This document shows positions 1-13,920 of a stretch of DNA of 64,000 nucleotides, in pieces. The notes under the pieces were generated by a model, which searched no databases, was not told the origin of the DNA, and was given only the letters and a program-made list of their open reading frames with translations. The stretch spans positions 96,596,001-96,660,000 of the forward strand of contig OX597816.1 in the NCBI GenBank assembly GCA_951406725.2. Direction: 5' to 3'. The position numbers and the translations under genes were made by a program. The stretch comes from Octopus vulgaris (taxonomy: Eukaryota). Each line of letters begins with the position of its first letter. Positions within the stretch are counted from its first letter, which is position 1.

Positions 1-367
1 ATACCTACATTAGGAAGGAGCATGGTCTTATATTTCTTTTCTTGCATACATTTGCATCTCTTTTCAGCTTGACAAACTTCATTCGGTTTTTTGAATGATA
101 GTCAACTATTTTACACTAAATGAAAAACAAAAGAGTGTTTTTGGGAGAGAGCTGTTGTTCCCTATAACTTTGTGGAAAGGAGTTTACATCCTCTAAACCC
201 TTTGTGTTCTTACTGTATTCTATTGTGCTGTTGTGCTCGGAATGCATTTTCACCCAAAAGAGTAAACTGATGATTTATAATATCGACAGCTCTACGTCTT
301 CCTTTCTTCTTCGTAGTTTTTGTTGAAATCCTATAGAGGTACACAAATGTGGATTATATTGGCTTCT

Positions 368-542
368 AATTTTGGCACAAGGCCAGTAATTTCGGGGGAC
401 TTTAAATCGACTCCAGTGCTCAACTGGTACTTCTTTTATAGACTCCGAAAGGATGAAAGGCAGAGTCGACCTCATCGGAATTTGAACACAAATCCTAGTG
501 ATGAACGAAACACCGCTAAGCATTTTGTCTGGTGTGTTAATG
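368..542 (-). mobile_element. tRNA-derived SINE fragment (Meta-domain-like octopus SINE)
   Basis: Reverse complement of the core GACTTTGCCTTTCATCCTTTCGGGGTCGATAAA..AGTACCAG shared with the copies at 51914 and 60929. Confidence 0.8.
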
Positions 543-1120
543 AATGTGAATTACAAATGTAAATTATATTGGAATACACTTCATATATTTGAAACACTCT
601 AAATTACATTCCCAAAAAATAAACAAAAACATATATGATAAGGTTAGTTTTCAATAATAAACTACAAGCGTGCCTTATCTTTTCTTCCTCTCTTCTCCTG
701 TAGTAACCACAATGATTTCTGCTTCTCCGTCTAAACCAGCAAAACTAATGCATTCATGCCTAGAAATTATCCATGTTAAGCTCTAAATTAATCTGCTGAA
801 GTCATAAGCTATTAAAGAACGAACATTTAAGAAAAATAAAATAGTTTAAAACGGATATGATTACTTTCTGTTATATAGGAAACTTTTCAGTTGAATTATT
901 TAAATACCTATTTTCCATTAATGAAAGTTAGCATAGCTAGTTCTCCTACATTGACTTCTTAATGTTTCCAATCAGTTAATTCCAACAAATTGCGACGGAA
1001 GCTGTAATGAGAAATGTTAATTTGGTTTTACAGTGATTTACTGTCAAAAGGTCAATAGATGAACAATTACTGATCTTCGTGAAATATATAATTAGGCTCA
1101 TCGTTGAAATAAGTTTGCAG

Positions 1121-1963
1121 TAGAGTCTACATAACACTGGCATCCTACACTAACTTCTTGTTCTACTTTAAAGAGATATCAATATGTATCAGGAAATTGA
1201 TCTTTGTCCGAAAACAGAATCGATAATAATTAATCTAGGAACAAAGTTTACTGTTAACTGCTCAATTATACTGGTAAATTGTTGCGTTCGGTTGAATATC
1301 ATATCTTGGAATTTTCATTTTTGTTTAATTTATTAACTGAAATCCTTTATAACTATTGCAGCCGTGGCATAAAAAGTGGAGCAGAAATTAAACTAAGGTA
1401 ATTTAGTAGGTTTAAGCATGAGTAATGTAACAAACATTGACAGGCTTGATTTGCTGAATCGTTTGAACGTGGAAAATATACCTCGTAGTATTTGTTCAAA
1501 CTCTTTGTGTTTTATGTTCAAATACCACAGTGGTCTACTTTGTGCTTCATCTCTCAAGGGTCAATCAAATGAAGTATTAGTGAAGTACTGAAATCAATGT
1601 AATTCCCTGTGTGCCTAAATTAGAAATAACTATTTCCGTAAGCTCGAGGGAGAAAAATTCTGAACGTATTTTGGTCATCTTATTACCACAGCACAAAAGC
1701 GGTGAGCTGGCAAAATCGTCAGAACGTCGAAAATGTAGCTTTGTGATGTATATCCCAGCTCTTTTCATTATGATCTGAATTCCTGCTGATATCAACTTTG
1801 CTTACCATGCTTTCGGGGTCGATGAAATAAAGCGCCAGTCTAAAATTTGGGTTTGGTGATATCAACTTACCCGCTTAGAGTCTATATAACACTGGCATCC
1901 TACACTAACTTCTTGTTCTACTTTAAAGTAATATTAATATGTATGAGGAAATTGATCTTCGTC
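1121..1963 (+). repeat. ~88-bp direct repeat pair (1121-1208 and 1876-1963)
   Basis: tagagtcta(c/t)ataacactggcatcctacactaacttcttgttctactttaaag...aggaaattgatctt(t/c)gtc occurs twice. Confidence 0.9.
1697..1872 (+). mobile_element. degenerate SINE
   Basis: gcggtgagctggcaaaatcg head and catgctttcggggtcgatgaaataaag core. Confidence 0.7.
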
Positions 1964-2039
1964 TTGTGTTCAAATCAAAACCCTCATTACTACATCAATG
2001 ATGCTTATATTTTCACCGAAGTAATGATGGCAAGATTAG

Positions 2040-2281
2040 TACGCAAGTAGAAACTTTCTACAGAGTGCGCGGACAACAGGAGAAATATTCAAGAGAAGTC
2101 CCCTTAAGCAAGTGTTTTGGCTCATTAGTTCCCAGCACTTTGTGGAAGATGAGCCCACATAGATCATGATTCCTAGGTGTCCTCCAGCTATATTCAAAGT
2201 CCTGCCTTTAGCGGGCATTTAACCCAGAACTTTCGAATGGTCTTATATCCCTGAAGGGTGGTGTATACCACTCAGCCACTA
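2040..2281 (-). mobile_element. possible tRNA-headed SINE relic
   Basis: Minus strand has an A-box-like TGGCTGAGTGG and a B-box-like GGGTTAAATGCC; the extent is uncertain. Confidence 0.35.
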
Positions 2282-2479
2282 AGACCAGGAAAAGAACTTG
2301 CTATTCTCTGTTTAGCGGTTTGTAGTATTCTATTTCAGCTCCAGCTTTTCTCTGCTGTTTGTGTCAGGTGTTTAATCGTCATTTTTGTGGTCATTGATTC
2401 CGTGCCGGCAAACGACGGCTGTAACAAACTCTCGTGCACCAACTCGTACTGCCTGTGCCGGGCAACGGTACCCCGCTTT

Positions 2480-2985
2480 TGTCATCTCTTCTAATACTTC
2501 ATTCTTTCTGCCGGAGTTGTTCTACTTGGCTCTCCTAAGAGACCGTCAGCTCGACCAAAATTTTCTTTAGCTTCTGCTGTGACATCTAAGACTGTCCGTT
2601 GCCAGTATTCAGCACAGGCTATACTGATCTGACCATTCTGTCTTTGGGAGGTTCTAAAATCACTCGCCTCCTCTGCTTTGTAAAGTTGACATAAGTGGCA
2701 GCTTCAGTTTTGCCTGTTAGCATTATAGAGTTACATTAGATAGTCCAAGAAGTACACAAAGCTATTCCTGATGAATTTGTTAATCTTTACTCCCATAGTT
2801 CTATAGGCTCGCTGTAGTTTCATTTATAAGTAGTAGCTGCAACACTGGCATAACCATATGTTGCTCTTCCTCAGCATTTGACAACGGTCAATCTTCTTGA
2901 GGCATTCTTCTGTTGTTTGAGCGGACTTTTTCACCATTTCCCCCAGACTCTTCATGAGCTGATAATGTGCTGTACTTACTGAAGT
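2480..2985 (-). mobile_element. HERO-like (RLE non-LTR retrotransposon) relic, post-RT region
   Basis: Frameshifted translation CLKKIDRCQML..., SKINKFIR..LLGLSNVTLY..AKLKLPL, KDRMVRSV.PVLNTG resembles the HERO thumb/linker region. Confidence 0.45.
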
Positions 2986-3046
2986 AATGATCATGCAAGA
3001 GTCGAACAGACGATTGGCATCGTTGAGAGAATAACTTAGAATATGA

Positions 3047-3615
3047 GAACTAATGCACCAATCTTGGATAAATAATCAGTTTAAAGGATAAAAATCGGAC
3101 CAAATAAATTGAACGACGAATACAATTAAGCTGAGCAGCGTTTCGTAAATTGAATCACATCGTGAGCAATAACATGCCTATGTCACCACAGCATCGCCTG
3201 TTCTGGCATTGTTATTCTATATAACGCCGGCCAATAGATACGCTTGCGATGCTTCATCAACAAAGAAAAGGTGGAAGCTACAATGAAGGAGTTCTTCGCC
3301 TCGAAACACAAGAACGATTATCAGTGTGAAATTAAAGGCCAGTCCTTTAATTTCACTTTGATACCCGTTCTTGTGTTTCGAGAAGAAGAACTCCTTCACT
3401 GGAGTTTCTACCTTTTCTTTGTTGATGAAGCATCGCGATATATAGAAAAACAGTCTCAGAACAGGCGATGCTGTAGTGATATAGGCAATTTATTGCTCAT
3501 GATGTGATTCAATTTACCAACCGCTGCCCATTCTAATTGTATTCGTCGTTCAATTTCTGTGGTCTGATTTTTATCCATTAAACTGATTATTTATTCAAGA
3601 TTGGTGTGTTGGTTC
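3047..3615. repeat. long inverted repeat (arms ~270-290 bp, 5-nt spacer at 3339-3343)
   Basis: 3344-3615 is the reverse complement of 3047-3338, with scattered substitutions and one ~20-nt indel. Confidence 0.95.
3245..3338 (+). mobile_element. mariner transposase C-terminal fragment (inverted copy at 3344-3437)
   Basis: RCFINKEKVEATMKEFFASKHKNDYQCEIK matches the mariner F...EEV...V.EFF.SK...WY..GI motif. Confidence 0.7.
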
Positions 3616-4129
3616 ACTTGTTCAACTAATTCATCGTGTATTCGTACATTTCCAGCTATGTCCTCAACCAGTGTGTGCTGCCTACCAATACATATGCATC
3701 AGAAACATGGACTACAAACAAGAGTATTGAAAAAAAATTGCGATCAACACAAAGAGCCATGAAAGGGAGAATGCTAAAGATTAAGAAATGGACAAATGCA
3801 GAAACTGTAGGATAAAAGTGGCAAAAGGTTTAGCGGGTATTATCTGTAAAATAAATATTCTGAAATGGTCATTCGCGAGATATCTATTTAGAAGAAAGGA
3901 TAATAGATGGAATAGCATACAAAGTGGACACCACATCCAGAAAAAAAGAAGGATGGTGGGGACTATGCAGAAATTGGAATGAAGACTTTGTTAAATTCTT
4001 CGGCGTCCAAACATGGATGAGGAAAACATCAGGCCGTGGTTGGTGGAGAGATGCTGAGGCGCCTTCGTCCAACATGTGTATGTATGTATGTATGTATGTA
4101 TGTATGTATGTATGTATGTATGTATGTAT

Positions 4130-4262
4130 GCCGAGGTCAACTAAGCCATTGATTCTTCCGGAATCGATAAAATAAAGTATCAATCGAGTACTGAAGTTGA
4201 TGTGATGGATCATGCTCCCGACCTCCCCGCAAATTTCAGACCTTATATCAAATGTGGAAATA
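4130..4262 (+). mobile_element. 5'-truncated SINE
   Basis: gccgaggtcaac...gataaaataaagta...aaatttcagacctt. Confidence 0.65.
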
Positions 4263-4327
4263 AACATTACCACCAAAATAATTTTTTTAAATACTCCTAA
4301 AATTACAATTGCTCCATCTGCATTCCC

Positions 4328-4347
4328 TCTCCTCCTCCTCCTCCTCC

Positions 4348-4408
<61 letters not shown>

Positions 4409-4409
4409 T

Positions 4410-4466
<57 letters not shown>

Positions 4467-4486
4467 GTCGTCGTCGTCGTCGTCAG
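4328..4486. repeat. compound microsatellite (CTC)n(CAT)n(CGT)n
   Basis: Seen directly. Confidence 0.98.
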
Positions 4487-5856
4487 CATCACCATAATCA
4501 TGATCCTCATTGCCACCATCATCTTTATCGACTTTATCATCATCATCTTTATCATCGCCGAGGTAACCTGTGCTTGATCGCTCGATTTGTAAGAAATAAC
4601 AGACGGATCTTCAAATCGCACTCAACAAATTTAAGACAAGAAGAACATATTGAAGAATGCGATGACGGAATGACAATGGCTAAAAGACGTTTCGTCATAA
4701 ATTTGCTTGATCAAGACTTACCGGTGGTTAAACCAACCCCCATCATCATCATCATCATCATCATCATCATTATCATAATTATCATCATCATCATTGTCAT
4801 CATCATCCTCATTAACATAGTCATCATGAACACTACAACAATCACAATCATCACTGTCTTTATCATTTTCTAAAGTAAACACAAAAGAGGGATCTGATAG
4901 AACCGGTAAGAACTGAACGCGCAAAGCCTAAATAAGAAGAGAAGCAGTCAATACTAAAGGAAAGAGCTGAAGAAATCGAAAGATATTAAGAAACAAACAA
5001 ATAACAAATATTCTTCAGAATCAAGAACGAAACGTCATTAATATTGGTCTTTTTACTTTCTTGCGCCTTCGATTCGTATAATCATTTAAAATTTTCAATA
5101 AAGAAACAGTTCATATTTTGAACGTGATTTGTACAAGCCTTGAAGTAAGGATTTGCGTGATGAATGGATCCATAATGGTATCTTGCAAGTTCTTCTAATA
5201 AATAGAAAACTGAGAAATTTTGTAAATATAAAATATGGCTAATGTATATTTATCTTATACACTGTTGTTGCAATAATAATATATTATCTGGTTACAGTTT
5301 GACAATAGTTTACACCTAAAGCATTCATGAAAACACATCTCCTCGTACACGGATATAGATGATGTACATACACAACCAGAATGAACTGAATGTGCACGTG
5401 TGTATGCTTGTGTGTACTTATATATACTAGTGTGTGTGTGTGTGTGTGAGTGTATGTGTGTGTGTGCGTTGCGTGCATGGTGTGATGTACACCAGCTCAC
5501 ATTCTCATGAAACATATAATGAAATATAATGAAATCTGAAATGTTGGCACTTGATATAATATTTTTGTATTGTATTGAACAACAGCACATATGATTAAAT
5601 TATGTGCTATAATTATATTAAAGATTAATAAAATAATAACGCCACCTAAGGTCTTATTATTACAGGAAACGGAAGTAGATAAAAACCTCGTTATATGATG
5701 TTGAAGATACACCGATAATATAATTTGTTCATATCAAAAAGATTTAAAGAATATTTTAACACTCTAGAGTATATATCACCGCACGTACATACACACATAC
5801 ACGAAGACGTAACAACAGACACACACATACATGTATGTATTCATTTATAAATCATA

Positions 5857-5888
<32 letters not shown>

Positions 5889-6575
5889 CTGTGAACATAT
5901 GTGTATTGTATCGTATGAAAATTTTCTTTTCATCTGCTTCAGTAAAAAGGAACAGACAAATGATTTGTTTTCCACTTGCCCACAGCTGAAATCACATCAA
6001 ATAAATCTACAATCGACGAACAGTTTTTAGAAAAATTGATTTCTGTTAAGGAAGCATATCTATCGCAAACTTCAGTCACCATCTACTTCTAAACGCGGCA
6101 TCACCATAGAATTGAAATCTCAGACGATAAAATACATTTTGTATAAGTCTTATTTGTTATTTTTACCCTCAATGTTCATCCGGTGACAGCTTTCGTCCGT
6201 TAGAATCTTTTTTCCGTACTTTCATTGGTAAATTTCCTTTCGTCTCTGGATCATATTTCCTCTTGATCAAATGAAATAATTTCATTGTTCGCTAAGATGC
6301 GTTAAGAAGGAATTAGTTGGCAATCCGATACTGATGTTATTTTTCAATAAGCTATATCTCACAAACGTGAGATATCTCCCTCTTTTACATTGGTTGTAGT
6401 TTGCAGTTATCGATGTTTGTATTGATCAATATCCCAAAGAATGCCTTTTGTCGTTTAATGCAACATGTAGATCAAGATCTTGTTTAGAATAAGTACGATA
6501 GTTGTAAAATATTGATTTCTTAAGACTTGACAGAATGAGAATTGGGTGTATCTTTCTAAGTAAGAATATACATAT

Positions 6576-6576
<1 letters not shown>

Positions 6577-6608
<32 letters not shown>

Positions 6609-6617
6609 TGACTGACT

Positions 6618-6657
<40 letters not shown>

Positions 6658-6682
6658 AACAGACAGTCAGACAGAGAATGAG

Positions 6683-6766
<84 letters not shown>
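6577..6766. repeat. compound (GACA)n(GATA)n microsatellite
   Basis: Seen directly. Confidence 0.98.
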
Positions 6767-7902
6767 TTAAATGCATAACAACATATAATTATGAAATTGT
6801 TTATTAGGAAAAACTTTCAAAAGTTATGCAGTATGACTACCTACAACATAAATCCATTCAGTTCCCTAAAGCTAATATAGTAATATAAATTTAGTTTATG
6901 GTTTGGAAACAACATAAGATACCTATATATTTCTTTTTACATATTTCTGACATATCCTTAAAATGTCCTTACTGCCTGTAACATTCTGCTTCTCATTGAT
7001 ACTAGAATGTCTGATTTATATAAACACCAAAAGATTTAGTTTGAACCTCTGTGCGGAATAAAAATTAAATTTTTTCCTGTGGTAACTCTTAATTTTTCAC
7101 TCGAAATTATTTAAAAATTTTATGGCGTTCTCGTGGATAACTATTTTTCGATGCATCTTAAATTTTACGAGAACTATATGGTCCTGAGCTTAGCTCCAGA
7201 TCAAGAACATGTACATAAAATTGGGAAAATATGGTACCGGGTAAAAGAGATAATGTTAGTAGCTCGAAAAAGTTATTTTATTTAGTTCTAGACTGATAAA
7301 ATAACTTGTAGTTGAGAAGAGGTATTTCCTCTAGCAAAAGACTAGCAAAATTCAATGAGCATCAGTACCACTCAGTTACACAGTAGCTTTGGGTAGAAGG
7401 AGATCGAGACTAGTGAAGGATGGAGACACTTTTTGGGAATGGTGAAAAAGGAAAATGAAAGGAAAATGGGGAACCCAGACAAAAGGCAAGCAAGCGGCTG
7501 ATAGTCCCTCACGTTCAAATACACAATCTAATAGAATTTATGAAAACTATGGTAATCCGGAAGATGAGCCTTAGCCAACATGGTCTAATTCTGATGCTAA
7601 AATAATATGAATCAAATACTACACATATTTTAAAAATGACGTACTACGTATCCCTTAATCAGATGTAGATAAAATCTATTCAATCTGTTTACGATAACAT
7701 GGTGAGAAGTTACTTTCTAGAAGATGTGGAACCCTTCGAGACTGAAGTGAAGCTGAAACTGACCAAAATTAATTTTGAAACTCTCATTTCGTAGAAAGTG
7801 GTCTGAGCAGACGGTCAAAGGTGAAAGTCCTCATCATTAGATACAGGTGGAGTGTCGCGGTAAAGTGTACATATATATATAGTATATGTTTATATATATA
7901 TA

Positions 7903-8378
7903 GGACTGTCTCACCGACCTGGGCCACCGACCATCACTGTGGACGCCAGGTTCTGGCCAATTCCAAGCAGTCGATGTTTTTGCGGGGGCCTACCAGCGCG
8001 CTGTAGACCTGTTTAATTTTTCCCGGCGTCCCCGTCATCTGAACATCTTCCCAGCCGAACTCTCGGCCCTTCGATGTCTCCGACGCCGCACTGACATTAT
8101 CATAAAACCGGCGGACAATGGTGGCGCCGTGGTGGTGTGACGTGCAGACCTCTACAAGGCAGAAGCTCTCCACCAACTTCAAGATACCTCCTTCTACTGC
8201 TCTCTGCTCTCTGCCCTCTGACCCCACCGCCTCCAACCTCATTGTCCGCACCCCTCGCACCCCCACTATTTTACTTCCTCCCCAAAATCCCCAAACCTAT
8301 CAACCTTGGCCGCCCCATCATCTCCGCCTGCAACTGTCCCACCGAACTCATCTCCAGATATCTTGACCGTTTTCGAGA
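7903..8378 (+). mobile_element. Penelope-like element RT N-terminal fragment between (TA)n tracts
   Basis: ELSALRCLRRRTDIIIKPADNGGAVVV*RADLYKAEALHQLQDTSFY...YFLPKIPKP..GRPIISACNCPTELISRYLD carries the PLE IKPADKG, LPKIHK and GRPI motifs. Confidence 0.88.
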
Positions 8379-8396
8379 TTATATGTACATATATAT

Positions 8397-8435
<39 letters not shown>

Positions 8436-8499
8436 TATATATATATATATATATATATTCTTATTTGTTTCAGCATTTTATCTAAAATGTGCAAAAAAT

Positions 8500-8960
8500 C
8501 TGCTGCGAGGTCATCTCTGCATGACCTAAGCTGGGTGTTTACAAAGCGATCGCTATCAGAACCCACTTATACGGGTGTGAAGCGTTTACGTTTTATTGAA
8601 AAGAACTACAAATGTTGAAATGCTTTAATCAGCCAAAGCCGTGAGCCATCACCCTCATGCGTTGGTATGACTGGGCTACATATGCATAGCGAAACTTTCG
8701 ATCCAATCAGACTCAATAGCATTAATACTGAGTTCTATATCCTCAATTTAGGTGAGTTGAACGTATTTTAAATTGCCAGGTTTTATGTATAGAGAATTGC
8801 ATGAAGCAGGGGCTGCGAGAGTACGATACTGATATCAACTAAAACGAACATTCAGATTCAACGGTTGCTTCACCTTACCGCTCACTGAGAAAAGAAAAAT
8901 GTCCCATTTGACGTAAATTCTTTCGAAGAGGCTAAAAATAAAAACGTATCACTGGATTGT
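8500..8960 (+). mobile_element. degenerate RTE LINE fragment
   Basis: VYKAIAI..LYGCEAFTFY*KELQMLKCFNQ..RAITLMRWYD-like, frameshifted. Confidence 0.5.
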
Positions 8961-9265
8961 ATCAGTCCAAAGATGAGGAGTCTTTGACTCAGTTATGATA
9001 CAGTTCACGGGGTATATCCCCATTGTTAGCATTCTTTTAGGTGAAAGTCAGTTTTATTTCTAATAGGCTGATTAAAGCAAACATGAACTACAATACAACA
9101 TAGATTTATAATTAAGTAACGGAACTACGTCTCTTTTGAAAACGTAACTAAGAATTGTCCATTCTTAACTCTCTAAAAGTATAAAATAACTGCAGACATC
9201 TTGACCCTTTTCTTCCAACTACTTTCCTTGTTCCATGTCCTCAAACGTGGTTAAAGTAGAATATT

Positions 9266-9377
9266 ATTCTTTTCTACTCTATGCACAAGGCCCGAAATTT
9301 TACGGGGGAAGGGCAGTTGCAACTGGTACTTAATTTATCGACCCCGAAAGGATGAAAGGTAAAGTCGACCGCGGCGG
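9266..9377 (-). mobile_element. 5'-truncated SINE with 13-bp TSD AAAGTAGAATATT
   Basis: TSD at 9253-9265 and 9378-9390; Meta-like core present. Confidence 0.9.
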
Positions 9378-11546
9378 AAAGTAGAATATTCTTAATCTCA
9401 CAATGATTAAGGCAGTAAACAGTAACTACACAGACGATAGTGTTGGCTGTAGCAGCAACGCATGTGTTACGTAAAAACGGCGTTATAGGTGTAAAGTGAT
9501 TCGAAAATTCTTACTGCGAAGTCATTTATATCTGCATAGTATTTTTACTATTTCTTATTTTTACAATTTCTCGCTCCTCTCCCCGACAACTAAAATGCAC
9601 CAACTGTCGGCCAACACAGTAAACCAAATAACACGATGCAATTCATGCGGTTATAGTTATATTTTTGACATCGTTTTATAAGCCATATACCCAGAAAAGA
9701 ACTCTGCTTATAAATAAGGACTGGTTCGCTTCCATATGTACGAAGAACCTCGACCACTTCCAAAAGGACACCATCCATTTGACTGACAGCCTCGTACCGA
9801 ATTTCTGCCACAACTGATTCACAGATAGTTTCCACTCTTTGTGTTTTTATATATATATAGTAACTGTCACAGCTCCTTTGCTATTACCTCCACTTCCAGC
9901 ATCACCAACAGAACCATAGCAAAATAGATGATAACCTCATCTCTCCTTTTCTCTTACTATCCACACTGTACCTTCTCGCTTAATTGGAACTCAACATTTT
10001 TGCAGTAGTCTTCTTATGCCAGAACTACAACAGTTTCTATATAATATTTTCCCGTATCCCCTTGACAGTGAAGTATCTGTGATACCTGCTTTCCCAAGAT
10101 AACTCTTTACTCTATTGCATATAACTCATTACGCAAGTGTATATAATTAATTCCTCATGACAGTATATGTTTTTAATGAATCTCAAACATATGAAAGATT
10201 CAGTAATCTCAAGCTTTGAATTGCAAGCCACTTACACTTGAACAATGTATGTTTCAGGAAAGAGAGACGGGAGAGAGAAGGGGAAAAGTTATGTCGTTTG
10301 TGTTGTTGTTTAGTCTCACGTCAGCCTAGACGAAGTATACTAATAATCTAAAAGTAGAATGCCCCGCATCATGTAACATGTTTTTCTTTTTAAAGACAGC
10401 GGAACGTCATTTAATGGAGACTATGCAGTTATTCCCAATAAATTTTATGGCAACATATAGGCTCTCTCTGATATTAGAGAAATGAACTGGTTTTAAAAAG
10501 AACTTGGAATCTGTGAAATAGAACCAATACGCCGAAATCTTATTTCTTACTCTAGGAGAATTATAGAACTAAGAAGGCTATTCTGTTAACTGTTTTCATA
10601 AAAACTACAGTGTGCTATTGTTTAGCCCCAATGAATCCAAATCCCGAAGACTTTTGATCAAAGATTGTCTTTTAGGGATTTATATAGTTTTACTGGACTG
10701 TATTAAGTATTCGTTCTTTTCATTTAGAAAGAAATAGCTACTATTTTTAGTAGATCAAGCGTCTAAAAAGAAGCTCCCTGGTCGGTTCGTAATATTTCAT
10801 GTATCAGAATTACTTTAGCTTCTAAAACTTTGCTATTCATGGTTCGCAGGTCGACAAAAGCTGCACCACTCACATACTGGGGTAGATCAAATAGAAATAT
10901 ACTGCTTGTTAACAATTGTTCTTTAGTCCTGCAGGTACGGAACCGATTAATTCGTATACTATTTACCGGTCTTATTGAAAAGAATAATAACCACCAAATA
11001 TTATATCTAAAACAAAAGTGGAATCATGAAAATGAGAATGGGGAAAAAGTGTTTAAAGCGGAATTGAAAACTACCGATAAAATCCACGCTTTCATTGCTA
11101 AGAATATAGATGGGTATTTAATTGTGCAATAACTGTGGATTTCATTTAAATAATACTGAGATCTAGAGAAAATACATATTCTAAATTAAATAGTAATATA
11201 TTTGCCGTTAGGCTTAGCAGAAATTTTGCGTTGAGAGAATTGCTTTTGATAGTTTTGTAAACTTATTTTACTCGCAATATTCAGTGCAATTTCTTCAAAA
11301 AATAATTAATTCACGCACTAAAACACAAACATTGCTTTTTCACATTTTATCCTAAAGACAGATTCTTGACAATCAAACAACCTGTGTATCTATCCAGTTA
11401 TTTATGCGGTTGGATACACACATACATACCTATATATTCATGAAATACCAGCCTATCCACCTAGTGAGCTAAGAATACACACTTAAATCACTCTCTCTTT
11501 ACATAATTTGTATAAACACTTACATACATATACACACATACATACA

Positions 11547-11584
<38 letters not shown>

Positions 11585-12298
11585 ATTCAGTTGCACTGTA
11601 GTTTACAGTTTTTAAATAAGTTACCATAACTTTGATATCTTCTTATCTGCGTGTGTGTATGTGTGTGTGTCCGTGCATGAGTGTGCATATGTGGGAATAC
11701 ATATGTACGCGCATTTTCTCAGTGTATGTAGGTAGAGGGCGCACGTAACAAAATCTCCTGAAATATACAGATGTGCATTTATTTATACATTATAATGAAA
11801 AAAAAAATCAATGTACGACATATCGGGTAATTATATTATCATTTCTACAAACAAATAAATATATTTCTCCAAGGAAAGCGTACCAATCTAATTCACATCC
11901 AATCTCCATTCAGTTAAACTCATTCAAATATCTATAAAAGTATCCTGTGAAATATACTGTGGTGTATTTATGTGAAATCATTTGTAAAAGTCATATTTGA
12001 GCGTATCAATAATAAGATATATATATATATATAAGTTTTCAAGTCATTTCTAATATACAATTATGTTTTTCTTTAAATTCAGGTTCGTTGTTAATCACAG
12101 TATATTTCTGCGAGCAGCATCGTTCTTTCTAATTTCAGTTTGTCTTTTATTCTCTTCCTTTTTAGCCTTAGTCTCTCTGATGAGAGTGTCTATATACCAG
12201 CCTATCACTCTCGCCCCATGTCTCTCCACATTCGTACACATAAATAAACGTGTATTTCTATACACTATAATCATTCATCTATCAATCTATTTTCTCCA

Positions 12299-12345
<47 letters not shown>

Positions 12346-12347
<2 letters not shown>

Positions 12348-13550
12348 GACTGCGATGGGTACACGAATGGCCCCCTCCTTTGCCAACCTAGTCATAGGAT
12401 ATCTAGAGATCAGTCTGTATCGTAAGGTTCTAGAAAGATATGGCAGCCCTTTCTCCATCTACATAGAAAACAACTGGAAGAGATATCTAGATGACTGTTT
12501 CATTCTTTGGCATAAAAATATAGAAAAACTCATAGAATTCAGGAAATTTTAAACGGACTGGACGTAAACATCCAATTCACGATGGAATATAGCCAGCAAC
12601 AACTCCCCTTCCTCGATATCCTCATTAAGAAAGCTAATAATATAATAGAAACAGACATATATTATAAGCCTACAGACTCTAAGCAATATCTTCCATTCAA
12701 TTCATGCCACCCCAGACACACCAGGATGAATATCCCCTTCAATCTAGCAAAAAGGATATGCACTATAGTCTCTAACGCAAACACCAGAGACACACGACTA
12801 CAAGAACTAAAAGATACCCTTATCACCAGGAACTATCCACCTTCACTTATTGACAAGTGCATTCAACGTGCCCTTCAACTTAACATCAAGGAACTGAGAC
12901 ATCCTAAATCAAAGAAAACTTACAACCAAAAGCCTTACCATACATCTCCACACACAACCCTCTCAATAACGAAGCCTTCGGCACCATCCTCCACAACATA
13001 CCCCTCCTAAAAAAAGACCACAGAATGAACACAATCCTCCAAACACACACGATCATAAAAAGCAAGAGACAGCCTAAATCCATGAAAAGTCTCCTAACAA
13101 GCCCGAATTCACTCTTCAACACAGAAGCCGACAGTAAAAAAATGTGGAAGACCCAATTGCGGGATATGCGACTATCTAATTGAGGGATCAGAGTTCTCCT
13201 TCAAACAGGGACAACGGTTTACAGTGAAAAGCAACTTCACATGTGCTTCGGAGAACCTAATATACTCACTAACCTGCTCCGGGTGTCAACAGCAGTACAT
13301 AGGCCAAACAAAAAATAGTTTGCGTAAACGAATGGCCCTGCACAGATCCCAGATAAAAATTCCCCAAAACAGAAAAATAGCTTTTAGCCAACACATAGAT
13401 ACTTGCGCCAACAAAAAAACACCAAGCTTCAGGATTTTCCCCCTCTACCAATTTAGGGACGATACAACCTCGAGACAACGAATAAGTAAAGAAACTCTCT
13501 TTATTACAAAATACAGGCCACTTCTTAACGGGTCTACGACAAACAATTAA
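12346..13550 (+). pseudogene. Penelope RT/GIY-YIG endonuclease ORF remnant with frameshifts
   Basis: GTAMGTRMAPSFANL; WKRYLDDCF; LPFLDI..TDIYYKPTDSKQYLPFNSCHP; CGRPNCGIC; NFTCASENLIYSLTCSGCQQQYIGQTKNSLRKRMALHR. Confidence 0.92.
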
Positions 13551-13719
13551 TATACCTCAACTTTAGAATAAAAGAAATATACACACACAAATATTACATT
13601 CCAAAGAATCCATTACTAATCAGCCCCAATCACAGCTATACTCCATAACATGCCAACTTCAAGTCATACAACACCTCACTACTTTCACCCATTCATATTC
13701 TCCCTTCTCTGTTTTTATC

Positions 13720-13920
13720 TTCTCCTTCCTCTTCTTCTTCATCATCATCATTATCATCATCATCGTCGTCATCATCATCACCACCATCATCATCATCATC
13801 ATCTTCTCCTTCTCCTTCTTCTTCTTCTTCATCATCATCATCATCAACATCGTCATCTTCTTCTTCTTCTTCTTCTTCTTCTTCTTCTTCTTCTTCTCTT
13901 TCTTCTTCTTCTTCTTCTAC
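13720..13920. repeat. (CAT)n/(CTT)n microsatellites inside the PLE 3' region
   Basis: Seen directly. Confidence 0.95.

Larger units (their letters stand above)
3000..4130 (+). mobile_element. RTE-clade LINE 3' fragment, interrupted by a foldback, with (TATG)n tail
   Basis: Degenerate LG*IISLKDKN..IERRIQL..AAF.KLNHI..HRLF, resuming at 3666 with NQCVLPTNTYASETW..LRSTQRAM..KWSFARYLFRRKDNRW..WNEDFVKF; microsatellite tail 4076-4130. Confidence 0.85.

Noticed and set aside
3884-4621. 245-aa ORF and similar poly-M/I/S, YIYI, CVCV and HTYI ORFs across the window
   Set aside because: They are translations of stop-free microsatellites, not genes.
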